Notes under the pieces: model-generated
The model's database searches: none
What the model was told of the DNA's origin: nothing
Seen by the model: the letters and a program-made list of their open reading frames with translations, nothing else
Made by a program: the position numbers and the translations under genes
Source: a virus
Direction: 5' to 3' (one strand)
Length of the DNA stretch: 64,000 nucleotides
Virus record (IMG/VR): IMGVR_UViG_3300025881_000006
Coordinates: 15,324-79,323 of that record
Part shown: positions 1 to 9,799 of the stretch, piece by piece
Position numbering within the stretch: position 1 is the first letter of the stretch
How the letters are laid out: each line of letters starts with the position of its first letter

Positions 1-1
1 T

Positions 2-724
2 ACTAAGTTAAAAGAAGTAACGCGTTTACAATCTCTTTTATTCGATGGGTTCCAACAGAAGTTTATTGATGAGGCTTTGGAAGATAGACAATCTGAATTA
101 TCTACATTACAGACTACGTTGAATCAGAAGAATACATTAGAGGGGATTATACGAGACCTCAAGGCAAGTCATGAGGAAGTGGAATTAGATTCACAAGCAT
201 GGCAAGTACTTGCACAGGTACTCTCACCAACTACCGGTATCATTGCAGAGCAGTTAGAAGGATTCATGCGTTGTTTATTAGAACAAATGAATGCCATCAT
301 TGCAAAGCTTTGGACGTATAGTTTAGAGATAATGCCTTGTGCTAACGAATCAGGTACATTAGATTATAAGTTCCCTATCAATATTAAACATGGGGAACAG
401 CAAACGAAAGACATCCTTGAAGGCTCTGAGGGCCAACAGGAAGTAATAGACTTTGCATTTATGATAACAGTCATGCACTACATGGACTTACATGACTATC
501 CGATGTACCTAGATGAGACGGGCGCTAAGTTTGACTTACAACACCGTGAGCGATTAATGGATTACATTAAGTTATTGGTTGATACAGAACAAGCTTCACA
601 ACTGTTCCTAGTTAACCATTACGCTTCTTTCTCTGGTGGTTTATCTAATGCGCAGATATGTGTACTAGATGATAGTAATGTCACCTTACCTAGTGAGTAT
701 AATACCCACGTACAAATACGATAA
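2..724 (+). CDS. sbcC: SbcC/Rad50-like ABC ATPase, C-terminal part (5' truncated by window edge; phiKZ gp165-like)
   Basis: Frame is open from position 2. Signature-like GSEGQ, Walker B MYLDE and H-loop LVNH follow a coiled coil. Confidence 0.85.
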   Translation, partial: TKLKEVTRLQSLLFDGFQQKFIDEALEDRQSELSTLQTTLNQKNTLEGIIRDLKASHEEVELDSQAWQVLAQVLSPTTGIIAEQLEGFMRCLLEQMNAIIAKLWTYSLEIMPCANESGTLDYKFPINIKHGEQQTKDILEGSEGQQEVIDFAFMITVMHYMDLHDYPMYLDETGAKFDLQHRERLMDYIKLLVDTEQASQLFLVNHYASFSGGLSNAQICVLDDSNVTLPSEYNTHVQIR

Positions 725-763
725 CGGCATAGAAGAGACTGGGTAATCCCCAGTCTCTTTTTT
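724..763. terminator. Bidirectional hairpin terminator: U-tract on +, TATGCCGT motif on -
   Basis: Stem aagagactggg/cccagtctctt between convergent genes. T-run follows on +. ACGGCATA at 724-731 reads TATGCCGT on -. Confidence 0.8.
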
Positions 764-1400
764 ATGGGTTGTTTGCACGTTCTGCTTCTAAAGCAGCCGT
801 CTTAGCAATCAGTGCCTGTTGTAATAAAGTTACCTTTTCCTGTAACGATACCACAGCAGCATTCGCTTTATCTAATTGACCACGGGCAGTTACTACCTGT
901 CCTAGACCTAAGGTTCTGGCCTCCTCTAGTGCAGTATGTGTATCTAGACTAACCGTTCCTTCAGTGGGTACAATAAACTCATTAATGGTAGGCGTGATAC
1001 CTACCGTCTCAGAGGTAATTGATGCAAGTTGCTCCTTTAGATAGGTTAACGGCATGGCGACAGGTATATTACCCAACGAAACACCTAAGACCACATGTTG
1101 ATAATCTACCGTATTAATTTCAGGTAGAGTCAATAGATATTGGCTAGGTAGGGTTAGTTGTGCACCACGGTCAGTAATTAATGTAACAATAATTACATTG
1201 GCTGCAAGGTCAGTATTGTAATCTTCCTGCGTTAATCCGTTGGTTAGGTAGATATCGTTTAGAATATCTTTACCCTGTCCCACTAGAGTACGAATAGATA
1301 CTGTCCCGCTAACGGTGAAGTATTTATCTTCTAATGTAGCGAATGGCTCTTTAAAGTTAAAGAGCCCTCTGACATTAATCGGTGGAATAGCTTGAGTCAT
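762..1400 (-). CDS. Conserved phiKZ-like virion structural protein
   Basis: 212-aa ORF overlapping the upstream structural gene. Its position next to SbcC matches phiKZ-like phages. Confidence 0.6.
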   Translation of the reverse strand: MTQAIPPINVRGLFNFKEPFATLEDKYFTVSGTVSIRTLVGQGKDILNDIYLTNGLTQEDYNTDLAANVIIVTLITDRGAQLTLPSQYLLTLPEINTVDYQHVVLGVSLGNIPVAMPLTYLKEQLASITSETVGITPTINEFIVPTEGTVSLDTHTALEEARTLGLGQVVTARGQLDKANAAVVSLQEKVTLLQQALIAKTAALEAERANNP

Positions 1401-2703
1401 TATAATAGTCCATGAAGCTGGTGCGCTGTACGACTAGGTAATTAACACCGTCATACGTCGACACAATGAAGTCCACGCCATCGCGTTTTAATCTGGAAAA
1501 GTCAGCATCCAATTGAGAGAACTCATTAGCGTTCTCTGCTTCTAGGAGCTGGCGATGCATTAGTATCATCCAGTTTTGCGTGAATGGGGAGACCTTATTA
1601 AAGTCTAACGAAGTGGTATCTACTAACATGTAGTCAGGGAAACGTTCACTGAAGTCCACTATACCGTCAACATTACCCTCACCACCAATTGCAGTCATCG
1701 CTAAACTCTTATAGATGTTAGCAGTGAATTCAAGGTGACTATCGATATGTGCTTGGTCATAGTTCTGTAATGCAGGCGCAGATAAATCTAACATTTCCTT
1801 TACATTAACAGAAGGACTATAAATACCGGGCTGTGAACTATTGGTCGGAATACTTTCACGATGCCACATAGGAACTAAGATAAACTCAGTTGGTCTAAAT
1901 AGCTTAGGGTGAACATCAAACCATTCCACTTCAGTAAAGTCGCTGTTAGCAAGTATATACTCACGCAAGGCTCTATTGATAGAATCAGGGTTATTACCTG
2001 CCACACCGTACAATACTACTAACCAAGTAAGGTCTTTAATAGTAGTACCTTGTTTATCATACCACTGAACCGTTACTGGCTGTAATGAGGTATACGGAGA
2101 GTTAGCAGATATCTGATTGGCAATCCCAATCTGACGTTTAGTATCTTCTACTAAAAGATTAGAGATTTCACTGTAAGGGCGATGTAAATCATTCAACGTT
2201 TCTACTGGAGAAATGGGGATGATAGTAAACTCATCAAACTGATGACGGAATGCACCATCGGCAAACCAAATACGTACTTCGGTACCATTCACAGTCCAAG
2301 TAACATAAGAAGGATAGAAGTGACCTTGAACACTACTTACCATAGCACCGGTTATCATAGTAGCAGCTACATCAGGACGTTCTGCTCTAACGATGTTATT
2401 AAATACTTCTACGTTAATTGTAAATCTGCCCGCCTTAGCTCCGCTATTTATGTAGCTAGCAAACTCTAAAACCTCTTCCCCTAGTACGTCAGGCTTAGTC
2501 AACGTATAGTTAGAACCATCACTATTCTTAGTGCTGAATAGATGAAGACGAATGCCAGAAACGGAATCAGATATATACTGACGGTTATCTGGACGGTAGT
2601 TAGCGCTGGTAGCTGAGAGTTCACCCACTGCCGAGGTAGTGGTTACTGAGTTGTCTACCAGGTCACTGATGGTGATAAACCCTTTAAGGTGTTTCATGAA
2701 CAA
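1375..2703 (-). CDS. Virion structural protein (phiKZ gp164-like)
   Basis: 442-aa ORF with GELS and EFILVPMW motifs recalled from this family. AAGGAG SD upstream. Confidence 0.65.
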   Translation of the reverse strand: MFMKHLKGFITISDLVDNSVTTTSAVGELSATSANYRPDNRQYISDSVSGIRLHLFSTKNSDGSNYTLTKPDVLGEEVLEFASYINSGAKAGRFTINVEVFNNIVRAERPDVAATMITGAMVSSVQGHFYPSYVTWTVNGTEVRIWFADGAFRHQFDEFTIIPISPVETLNDLHRPYSEISNLLVEDTKRQIGIANQISANSPYTSLQPVTVQWYDKQGTTIKDLTWLVVLYGVAGNNPDSINRALREYILANSDFTEVEWFDVHPKLFRPTEFILVPMWHRESIPTNSSQPGIYSPSVNVKEMLDLSAPALQNYDQAHIDSHLEFTANIYKSLAMTAIGGEGNVDGIVDFSERFPDYMLVDTTSLDFNKVSPFTQNWMILMHRQLLEAENANEFSQLDADFSRLKRDGVDFIVSTYDGVNYLVVQRTSFMDYYNDSSYSTD

Positions 2704-2782
2704 TGGCTCCTTTAAGCGTACCGTCTATTAGGGACACTACGTTAGTAAAATTAATACTTTTAGTTATAGGGAGGATAAATAA

Positions 2783-3322
2783 ATGTTTATTGCAGTATTG
2801 AAAGCACTACCACAGTTTTTACCCTTTCTACTCACATTATTAAGGGGCGATAAGGCCCCAATGTCAGGACAAACCTCTACCTTTGGTAAACGATTATCTA
2901 ATATGGTGATGATAGGATTGGCTATTGGTACGGTAATACTGTACTTAGACTACACTAAAGAAGTAGAGACATCCTCTAGTTTAACTAAGGAAGTAGCCAA
3001 GCTTAAAAAGGAAGGTGTAGAAAGTCCTGAGGGTAAAAAGAAACTGCGGGACTTGCAAGAGAAGGTAACTAATCTTGAAATAAAACTATCGGCATTAGAG
3101 AGGGATAGGGCTAATTTAATAACAGAAAACGATGACCTTGCTGCGCAAATAAACAAGTTAAAGGTAGAGTTGGAAGCTGCACAAAGAGACTTACATAATT
3201 GCAAGACAATAGGTAATAGTTGTACCACTGATACGGTACCAAAACCAGAGACTGACAATCAAAGTATGGCTGACCTTATTAAGCAGCTAGATAAGATTGG
3301 AAAGGATAAAGACAATGATTAG
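2783..3322 (+). CDS. Putative inner-membrane spanin (Rz-like)
   Basis: GGAGG SD. TM segment MVMIGLAIGTVILYL, then a long coiled coil and C-terminal Cys residues. Overlaps a downstream lipoprotein gene. Confidence 0.6.
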   Translation: MFIAVLKALPQFLPFLLTLLRGDKAPMSGQTSTFGKRLSNMVMIGLAIGTVILYLDYTKEVETSSSLTKEVAKLKKEGVESPEGKKKLRDLQEKVTNLEIKLSALERDRANLITENDDLAAQINKLKVELEAAQRDLHNCKTIGNSCTTDTVPKPETDNQSMADLIKQLDKIGKDKDND

Positions 3323-3863
3323 ATTTATCACATTTACAATCATTCTGATAGTATCGGGATGCGCATCACTTAAACCTCAACCCGTAGAGGTAAAGGCAAC
3401 AGTAGTGGAAGTTAACCCTGAGGTTGAGATACCTGCAAGAGTAAACTTTAAGTTAATCAAGACCACACCGCCTAACCCATTGGTACCACCACCGATATAT
3501 AGCGATTATGTAAGCGATAGCATTACTACCTATTACCCAGACCCTAAGCAGGCCTATCTTAACGACATGGTAAAATATAACCAATACGTTAGAACCTACA
3601 TAGCGGATTTGAGTACTACGTATAATATCGACAGTGAGGATTATAAACAACTGGTTGCCTGTAGTGAGGGTAGAGAGTTTCCTACGCTTGACATAGACCC
3701 TATACCTACCTCGCCTGACCTATCGTCTTACGATAAGCCTGAGGACGCCTACGGGGCATTTGTAAAGTACGCACAGGGACTTTACGACTACGCCACTAAG
3801 GTTAGTAGTGCATTTAACGATAGTATTGTTAAATTTAATAGCGAATGCCAACCTAAAGGATAA
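3315..3863 (+). CDS. Putative outer-membrane lipoprotein / o-spanin (Rz1-like)
   Basis: Likely start is ATG 3315. Signal peptide MIRFITFTIILIVSGC has lipobox VSGC. Pro-rich, with extra Cys. Confidence 0.62.
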   Translation: MIRFITFTIILIVSGCASLKPQPVEVKATVVEVNPEVEIPARVNFKLIKTTPPNPLVPPPIYSDYVSDSITTYYPDPKQAYLNDMVKYNQYVRTYIADLSTTYNIDSEDYKQLVACSEGREFPTLDIDPIPTSPDLSSYDKPEDAYGAFVKYAQGLYDYATKVSSAFNDSIVKFNSECQPKG

Positions 3864-3881
3864 GGGGTTTCCCTTATCCTT
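3856..3881 (+). terminator. Hairpin terminator
   Basis: aaggataaggg-gtttt-cccttatcctt-like inverted repeat at the gene end. Confidence 0.6.
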
Positions 3882-3943
3882 GTTTGTACGTAATTACATA
3901 GCCAACATATTACATGTTAATAAGTCTATAATTGGAACTCCTC

Positions 3944-5332
3944 ATGACCCAAGAGAATAAAGCCCCTTTAAAAGAAGAAAACGTTATACCCGAAAGTATT
4001 AAAGCAACGTTCTATACGGATGGTGGCTGTCGTCCATCTAGTCGCGGTTACGGCGGTTGGGGCTACCATGGTCAGATAGGCGATGATGCATATGACGGCT
4101 GGGGATACATTGAAGGTGAAACTACTAACAATGCAGCTGAAGTGATTGCAGCAAATAAAGCAGTTAACCTAGCCCGTGAAAAAGGTGTAGATGAACTTAC
4201 CATTTACTCCGACTCCAAGTACATGCTTGAAGGAATTCAATATAACCATGTTAAGTGGAATAGAAATAATTGGAAACGTCATGACGGTAGCGATGTGCCT
4301 AATGCTGTACATTGGAAAACCTTTATAGACGATGTCGATAGCTATAAGCAAGATGCTAATGTTAACTGGGAATGGATTAAAGGTCACAGTGGTAACATCG
4401 GTAATGAACATGCCGATAGAAATGCAACTAAAGGTGTAATGTTATCAACCAATGGTCACGCACAGTCATTTAGTGAAGCGGTACCTATCAAGAAACATGG
4501 GAAAGTGAAAGCATCTAACTACAATAGAATGTTCTCACATAAGCACTGGTACTTCAATACCCGTACAGGTGCCCTACTGTCTAGCCAAGGCCACACTATC
4601 TATCATTGTGGTAACCATGAGATAATTGGTAAGCCTGAGTCTGAGGCAGCACACAGTGTGTTGTTCTTAAAAGAACCGGATGAACATCTTGAGAAAGTAC
4701 GTGACTTTCAAGATAACCTCATGGGTAAGGATGAACAATTACTCTTTACTGCTAAGACCGACGCTATCTTCAGTGCTAAGGTTTACCATGAATTGAGTGA
4801 GAATGGTACCATCCATATGTCTAAACGTTTCGGCCATCGTGACTTAGAGACAGTGGATAAAACTAACATCACACAAGAAGTTAATCCTCCCCGTTTAGCG
4901 TTTAACTTAATGTCTATGTTATCCACAATGGAACGTAGATTAGAGAAAGTTATTGCCAATGACTTGGATGAAGATTGGCGTCTGACCGATATCACCGATT
5001 TATTATATGACGAAGTGACTAAAGGGAAGGGTAAGCAAGAGAAAGTTGTTTACGAACTTAAACCTACACTTGACCCAGCTGTTCGTGTATTGGAACTAGA
5101 AGTAGATTATCGTAACGTTAAAGGTAAGACTGAAAAGAAAGACATTAAGTTAACCTTCGGTATAGATATCCCCACTCGCAATGCGTTAGCTGCTTTAAAG
5201 AAGGTGAAGCCTACGGTTTCAATACTAACGTGGAGTGAATCAGATTATGGGTTCAGACATGCGATTATAATTAAGGCAGATGAAGATGTAGGTATCTGGT
5301 CCTCGGGTCACGCCAACTTACGCGTTCTTTAA
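3944..5332 (+). CDS. rnhA: Ribonuclease HI with C-terminal extension (phiKZ gp155-like)
   Basis: Catalytic motifs FYTDGG, TNNAAE, YSDSKY and WIKGHSGNIGNEHAD. ATG 3944 is the likely start. Confidence 0.93.
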   Translation: MTQENKAPLKEENVIPESIKATFYTDGGCRPSSRGYGGWGYHGQIGDDAYDGWGYIEGETTNNAAEVIAANKAVNLAREKGVDELTIYSDSKYMLEGIQYNHVKWNRNNWKRHDGSDVPNAVHWKTFIDDVDSYKQDANVNWEWIKGHSGNIGNEHADRNATKGVMLSTNGHAQSFSEAVPIKKHGKVKASNYNRMFSHKHWYFNTRTGALLSSQGHTIYHCGNHEIIGKPESEAAHSVLFLKEPDEHLEKVRDFQDNLMGKDEQLLFTAKTDAIFSAKVYHELSENGTIHMSKRFGHRDLETVDKTNITQEVNPPRLAFNLMSMLSTMERRLEKVIANDLDEDWRLTDITDLLYDEVTKGKGKQEKVVYELKPTLDPAVRVLELEVDYRNVKGKTEKKDIKLTFGIDIPTRNALAALKKVKPTVSILTWSESDYGFRHAIIIKADEDVGIWSSGHANLRVL

Positions 5333-5341
5333 GGAGAAACT

Positions 5342-5776
5342 ATGTCATGGCATAAGAAACTTTTACAGTACTTAGTAAGTATACTAATGCCTGAACGGAT
5401 GAAGAGGTTGTTTTACATCACTACGTTGTTTAACTACCTCATCATTAAATGCGGATGTAGGGTTAACTACAATAGACTTTATATACTTTGTACTGACCTT
5501 ACGCCCTCCAGCGATACGTTCTCACTCCCCGCGTTATTTTGGGATAAGGTCTGGGGCAATAGTGCACTTGCTGAACTTACTAAAGAGGATATTCTAGGTA
5601 ATAACTTTACATTAGATGATGTTGATATATCTACGCCCGATTGGATACGTTATGCTCCGAACACCGATTACATGAAGAACGATACACTTATGGTTTTTAA
5701 AGTAGTCCTAATGGAATATAACGATGTTAATAATCATCAGAATAAACTCAATAAGCATAATGTAGTGGTAGGTTAA
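5342..5776 (+). CDS. Hypothetical protein
   Basis: 144-aa ORF with AAGGAG SD, apparently co-transcribed with RNase H. Confidence 0.7.
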   Translation: MSWHKKLLQYLVSILMPERMKRLFYITTLFNYLIIKCGCRVNYNRLYILCTDLTPSSDTFSLPALFWDKVWGNSALAELTKEDILGNNFTLDDVDISTPDWIRYAPNTDYMKNDTLMVFKVVLMEYNDVNNHQNKLNKHNVVVG

Positions 5777-5795
5777 CACCTACCACTTATGCCGT
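5764..5795 (+). terminator. Hairpin + TATGCCGT element
   Basis: agtggtaggt-taac-acctaccact immediately followed by TATGCCGT. Confidence 0.7.
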
Positions 5796-5868
5796 CAACG
5801 GTAAGTAATTACGCTAACTAGCTATCATTTGACTAACAATAATTTAACCATTTATCAAGGATTTCCCC

Positions 5869-7287
5869 ATGAGTAACGCAACAGACTTCTTTACTAAAGT
5901 GGCTAAAATAAGACCTGCCTTAAATATAGGCTGCTTATTTGATATCCCCACAGGTGCGTACCATACAGGTAAGCATGGAGAATCTATACTGTCTGGTGGT
6001 TTAGCTCACTTTACAGGTGTAGGTGGTAAAGGTAATACGTACAAGACCACGGTGATGCATTTCTTCAATCTCAGTGCTATGAACCGATACGGTGACCCAC
6101 AAGACCTAATGGGTAACCCTAGCCCGTATTTAATATACGACTCTGAAAACTCAATGAACCCTACCCGAGTAGAACACTTAGCAGACCAATATGACTTTCT
6201 AGCAGGATTGGGATTAGACGAACTAAATCGTGTTATCATTACAGATACGACTATGTCAGGTAATAGTTACTTTGACATGCTTAAGAAGTACGGTAAGGAC
6301 AAGATTGGTGGGAAGGGTGTTTATATTACTACCCCGTTCTTAAATGACAAGGGTGAGAACATCAAAATCATTACCCCTACCTTTGTAGGTATTGATTCTT
6401 TATCCATGATGCCTATTGATTCAGTCGATGCTATTTACGATAAGCACGGTATTGGTGAGTCTGGATTAAACGTAGAGGCTATGAAGACCGCAGCAGCTAA
6501 ATCACAAATGATGATGCAGATGCCTAAGGTCACCTCAGCTAACGGTCTGTACGTAACAGCAACGGCTCATTTAGGTAATGAGATAGTAATGGACCAATAC
6601 GCTCCTTCTAAGAAGCAGTTGACGTTCTTAAAGCAGGATACGAAGTTTAAACGTGTACCTGAGAACTACTCATTCCTAACTAATATTCTTTGGTGCTGTC
6701 TATCTGCCAATGTATTACAAAACAAATCTGATAAGACACCTTTATATCCAAAAGATGGTGGCGATAGAATGATAGGTGATGTTGACTTACAACTTATCAC
6801 CATTCAAGCATTGCGTTCTAAAGGTGGTGCAACTGGATTGCCATTTGAACTAGTGGCATCACAGCGAGATGGTTTACTAGTAGGATTGTCTGAATTTCAT
6901 TATATCAAAACCCGTAAGTATGGTATCAATGGTAATGATAGAAGTTATGCTCTAGACCTATATCCAGACGTTGCATTATCCCGTACTAGTGTTCGTGGTA
7001 TCATCGATGCAGATGCTAAGTTAAGACGTGCGCTAGAGATTACCTCTGAGTTATGTCAGATTAGTACCCTGTGGAAAGGCTACGATGATATCATGTGTAC
7101 ACCTGAGACTCTTTATAAAGACATTAAAGCCTTAGGTGGTGATTGGGATATGATACTATCTGAAACACGCGGGTATTGGCAACCAACTGAAATTGAAAAG
7201 AAGAACCCATTAAAGTTCTTATCAACTATGGACTTACTTAACTGGCGCGCTGGTAAGTATACGCCATACTGGCTTAAGAAGAAGTAA
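5869..7287 (+). CDS. uvsX: UvsX/RecA-like recombinase (phiKZ gp152-like)
   Basis: Walker A-like GKGNTYKT, YDSE and Walker B VGIDSLS. Synteny between RNase H and RNAP beta-C. Confidence 0.85.
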   Translation: MSNATDFFTKVAKIRPALNIGCLFDIPTGAYHTGKHGESILSGGLAHFTGVGGKGNTYKTTVMHFFNLSAMNRYGDPQDLMGNPSPYLIYDSENSMNPTRVEHLADQYDFLAGLGLDELNRVIITDTTMSGNSYFDMLKKYGKDKIGGKGVYITTPFLNDKGENIKIITPTFVGIDSLSMMPIDSVDAIYDKHGIGESGLNVEAMKTAAAKSQMMMQMPKVTSANGLYVTATAHLGNEIVMDQYAPSKKQLTFLKQDTKFKRVPENYSFLTNILWCCLSANVLQNKSDKTPLYPKDGGDRMIGDVDLQLITIQALRSKGGATGLPFELVASQRDGLLVGLSEFHYIKTRKYGINGNDRSYALDLYPDVALSRTSVRGIIDADAKLRRALEITSELCQISTLWKGYDDIMCTPETLYKDIKALGGDWDMILSETRGYWQPTEIEKKNPLKFLSTMDLLNWRAGKYTPYWLKKK

Positions 7288-7288
7288 T

Positions 7289-7726
7289 ATGGGTAGAGAT
7301 TACTTTAGATTTGTAATAGGTGGAGGTAGAAACTTTCTTAACTACAAATTACTTTGTGATGTATTAGACGATGCTATCAAAAAGCTGTATCGTGAAAGAC
7401 CACAGGGGTATCATACTGAGATTATTATAGTGTCAGGCGGTGCCCGTGGTACTGATACGTTGGCAAAGATGTATGCCGAAGAGCGAGGGTATGCATTTAA
7501 GTTACACAAAGCCCTTTGGGACCGACAAGGTAAAAAGGCAGGTGTACTTCGTAATTTGGAAATGGTTAAAGACGGAGACTTTGCTTATTTCTTCTGGGAC
7601 GGTAGAAGTCCGGGTACTAAGCACGCTATTGAATGTGCTAAGAAACATTTAACTGATGAATACGAACTAAATGGTGAGACTGTAAAGGTCCGACGCTATA
7701 GAGTCGTGTTGTACGACAACGAATAG
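7289..7726 (+). CDS. SLOG-superfamily (DUF2493/YspA-like) protein
   Basis: Motifs IGGGRNF, IVSGGARGTDTLA, AGVLRNLEM and FFWDGRSPGT. Confidence 0.85.
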   Translation: MGRDYFRFVIGGGRNFLNYKLLCDVLDDAIKKLYRERPQGYHTEIIIVSGGARGTDTLAKMYAEERGYAFKLHKALWDRQGKKAGVLRNLEMVKDGDFAYFFWDGRSPGTKHAIECAKKHLTDEYELNGETVKVRRYRVVLYDNE

Positions 7727-7734
7727 GAATAATC

Positions 7735-8043
7735 ATGACCACTTCATTGATTGATGCAGTACACGGTATCATTCACAAAAACAACCCTGTTATTGCAACA
7801 ACCTTTATTACTATATTTCTAGCCCCACAGGGCGATGTGGATGCACAACACAAAGCCCTTAATGATTTCTGGAGACTGCACATTGGAATGCAGGATGTAG
7901 ATAGCATTGAAATACGTGGATACCTAGCCGATGACATATCGGTAAATGATTGGATATTTTACTTTGAAGATAAAGTACTACCATTCATCTTACATCACAA
8001 CGTCCTTAACAATGAGATATATGAAAAGGCTGCCCCTTGGTAG
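7735..8043 (+). CDS. Hypothetical protein
   Basis: 102-aa ORF with AGGA SD, in operon. Confidence 0.65.
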   Translation: MTTSLIDAVHGIIHKNNPVIATTFITIFLAPQGDVDAQHKALNDFWRLHIGMQDVDSIEIRGYLADDISVNDWIFYFEDKVLPFILHHNVLNNEIYEKAAPW

Positions 8044-8058
8044 TAGTGGCGGTCAGTT

Positions 8059-8075
8059 TTTGAAACCTACATTAT
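8059..8075 (+). promoter_or_regulatory. Putative early (virion RNAP) promoter
   Basis: tttgaaacctacattat matches the repeated motif. Resembles the phiKZ early promoter core TATATTAC. Confidence 0.6.
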
Positions 8076-8115
8076 TGTAACGAATATACTAATACTCTAA
8101 TAAGGGGATACGAAA

Positions 8116-8589
8116 ATGGCCCACAGTACAATATGTCATTTCCTAAAGATACGTCAAGTAGCATTGAATATAATTTACAAAACTGATTTAATAACGTCAG
8201 AAGTAAGAGAGTGGGCTCGTTACGAAGTATCCGCTAGGATATTAGAGACGATATTAGAGAACGAACATCGTCTAATAAACGGTGCAGTTGAGGTTGGCAC
8301 TTCATGTGCAAGTGATGTATTGACACATTACCATAACCTTAAAACTAATCGTGGCGTACCCATGTTCTCACCTAGTGCTAACACACACACTAACATTACT
8401 GTATATCGCTTAATGGGTATATGGATAGATTTAGGTTATTGTGAAGATGTAGTTACACTAAAACAATTGGTAAAGGATAAGTTGTTAAATCGTACTACTA
8501 CTAAGCAGATGGGTGTGGTGAGTGAATTGAAATACCCATACGTGATGGTACCTTACGTAGTAGATGTATTTCTAACCCCATCGGTATGA
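8116..8589 (+). CDS. Hypothetical protein
   Basis: 157-aa ORF with AAGGGG SD, downstream of the motif promoter. Confidence 0.7.
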   Translation: MAHSTICHFLKIRQVALNIIYKTDLITSEVREWARYEVSARILETILENEHRLINGAVEVGTSCASDVLTHYHNLKTNRGVPMFSPSANTHTNITVYRLMGIWIDLGYCEDVVTLKQLVKDKLLNRTTTKQMGVVSELKYPYVMVPYVVDVFLTPSV

Positions 8590-8614
8590 AATAGTTTAAA
8601 CGTAAGGAATTGAC

Positions 8615-9283
8615 ATGGCTGGTAATCGTAAAGCAGCAGAGGCATTTATACTTAAGTATATCGCTAAGATATTGCCCGGTAGTGAGAACGTAGCTTATTA
8701 CAAAGAAAAGTTTGCCAATATGACCGATAAACAGTTTGACGTCATGATGGAAAGTATTGAAACAGATGACTTTGTATTACCACTAATCGCTCCTAATCTA
8801 GATAAGAATAAACTTGATACTTCCCGCAACATTCAAATTGCTGAAGAATTAGGACATTCCTTCTTTGAAAGACTTAAGTTAACAGATGACGCTAGTGGTG
8901 TAACCTATCTAACACCTCTACCTTACATGATAGTTGACTTACCTATACGTCGTCAAGTACAAACGTTATCTAAGAAGATGGCAGTGCCTGAGAATAATAA
9001 CGTACGGGATGAGTTAACAGACCAAGCAACTGGTCCGTCTAAAGGTAGTGGTTTATCATTCCCTGAAACTCAAGTGTTAGTAGCATTGGGTATGGATGAC
9101 GTTATTGAAGAATTGATTAAAGTGCGTGGAGGAGACGAAGCGGCGTTTAACAAGATGAATAACGATATCATTCAAAATGGGGAATCTTCATTAGCAGATA
9201 TTCGTCTACTTGGCTCACGGGCTAAAGCAACGGATACGTTAAGTGCTATTCTTAAGGGGATGCATTTAGATAACAATTTATAA
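8615..9283 (+). CDS. rpoB: Virion RNA polymerase beta subunit, C-terminal fragment (phiKZ gp149-like)
   Basis: Matches the beta C-terminal region: RRQVQTLSKK, LTDQATGPSKG, SFPETQVL and ELIKVRGGD. Confidence 0.85.
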   Translation: MAGNRKAAEAFILKYIAKILPGSENVAYYKEKFANMTDKQFDVMMESIETDDFVLPLIAPNLDKNKLDTSRNIQIAEELGHSFFERLKLTDDASGVTYLTPLPYMIVDLPIRRQVQTLSKKMAVPENNNVRDELTDQATGPSKGSGLSFPETQVLVALGMDDVIEELIKVRGGDEAAFNKMNNDIIQNGESSLADIRLLGSRAKATDTLSAILKGMHLDNNL

Positions 9284-9298
9284 TTAAGGTGGGGTAAG

Positions 9299-9799
9299 AT
9301 GGAATCAAAAGTACCTGATGTAGACGACAGTAGTATCGTATCAGAACAACTTGCTATGGTAGAACGTATTATAGCTCGTAGGTTAACCGACCCAGACCCT
9401 AAACGTAAAGAGTCAGCACTGTCAGTTATACGCTATATGACATACAGTGTTAGAATGTCCATGTTACCCCATGGTAATGGGATAGGTAACTTATGGAAAT
9501 GGATTCGTAAGTTTGAAGATAACACTGAGTTTGTATTAGACTTCTTTACTGAATACAGATTCAGAGGACCTAAGTCTGATGACCAATTTAAACGTTTAGT
9601 GTCACAACTTGCCACTAGCTTAACTGATATCAATAGTGGTGAAAAGGGAGCGGTGGATGCTACCATTACTGACCGTATGGATAGTCAAAGTGCGGTTAAA
9701 GATAAACTACTGGCTAATCCTTGGATAGTACCTTTGATACTTATTACTTACAGTGATATGTTGATGGAGTTACTGAACGTGGCGAAGGATACTAAGTAA
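9299..9799 (+). CDS. Conserved phiKZ-like hypothetical protein
   Basis: 166-aa ORF in operon after RNAP beta-C. Confidence 0.7.
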   Translation: MESKVPDVDDSSIVSEQLAMVERIIARRLTDPDPKRKESALSVIRYMTYSVRMSMLPHGNGIGNLWKWIRKFEDNTEFVLDFFTEYRFRGPKSDDQFKRLVSQLATSLTDINSGEKGAVDATITDRMDSQSAVKDKLLANPWIVPLILITYSDMLMELLNVAKDTK

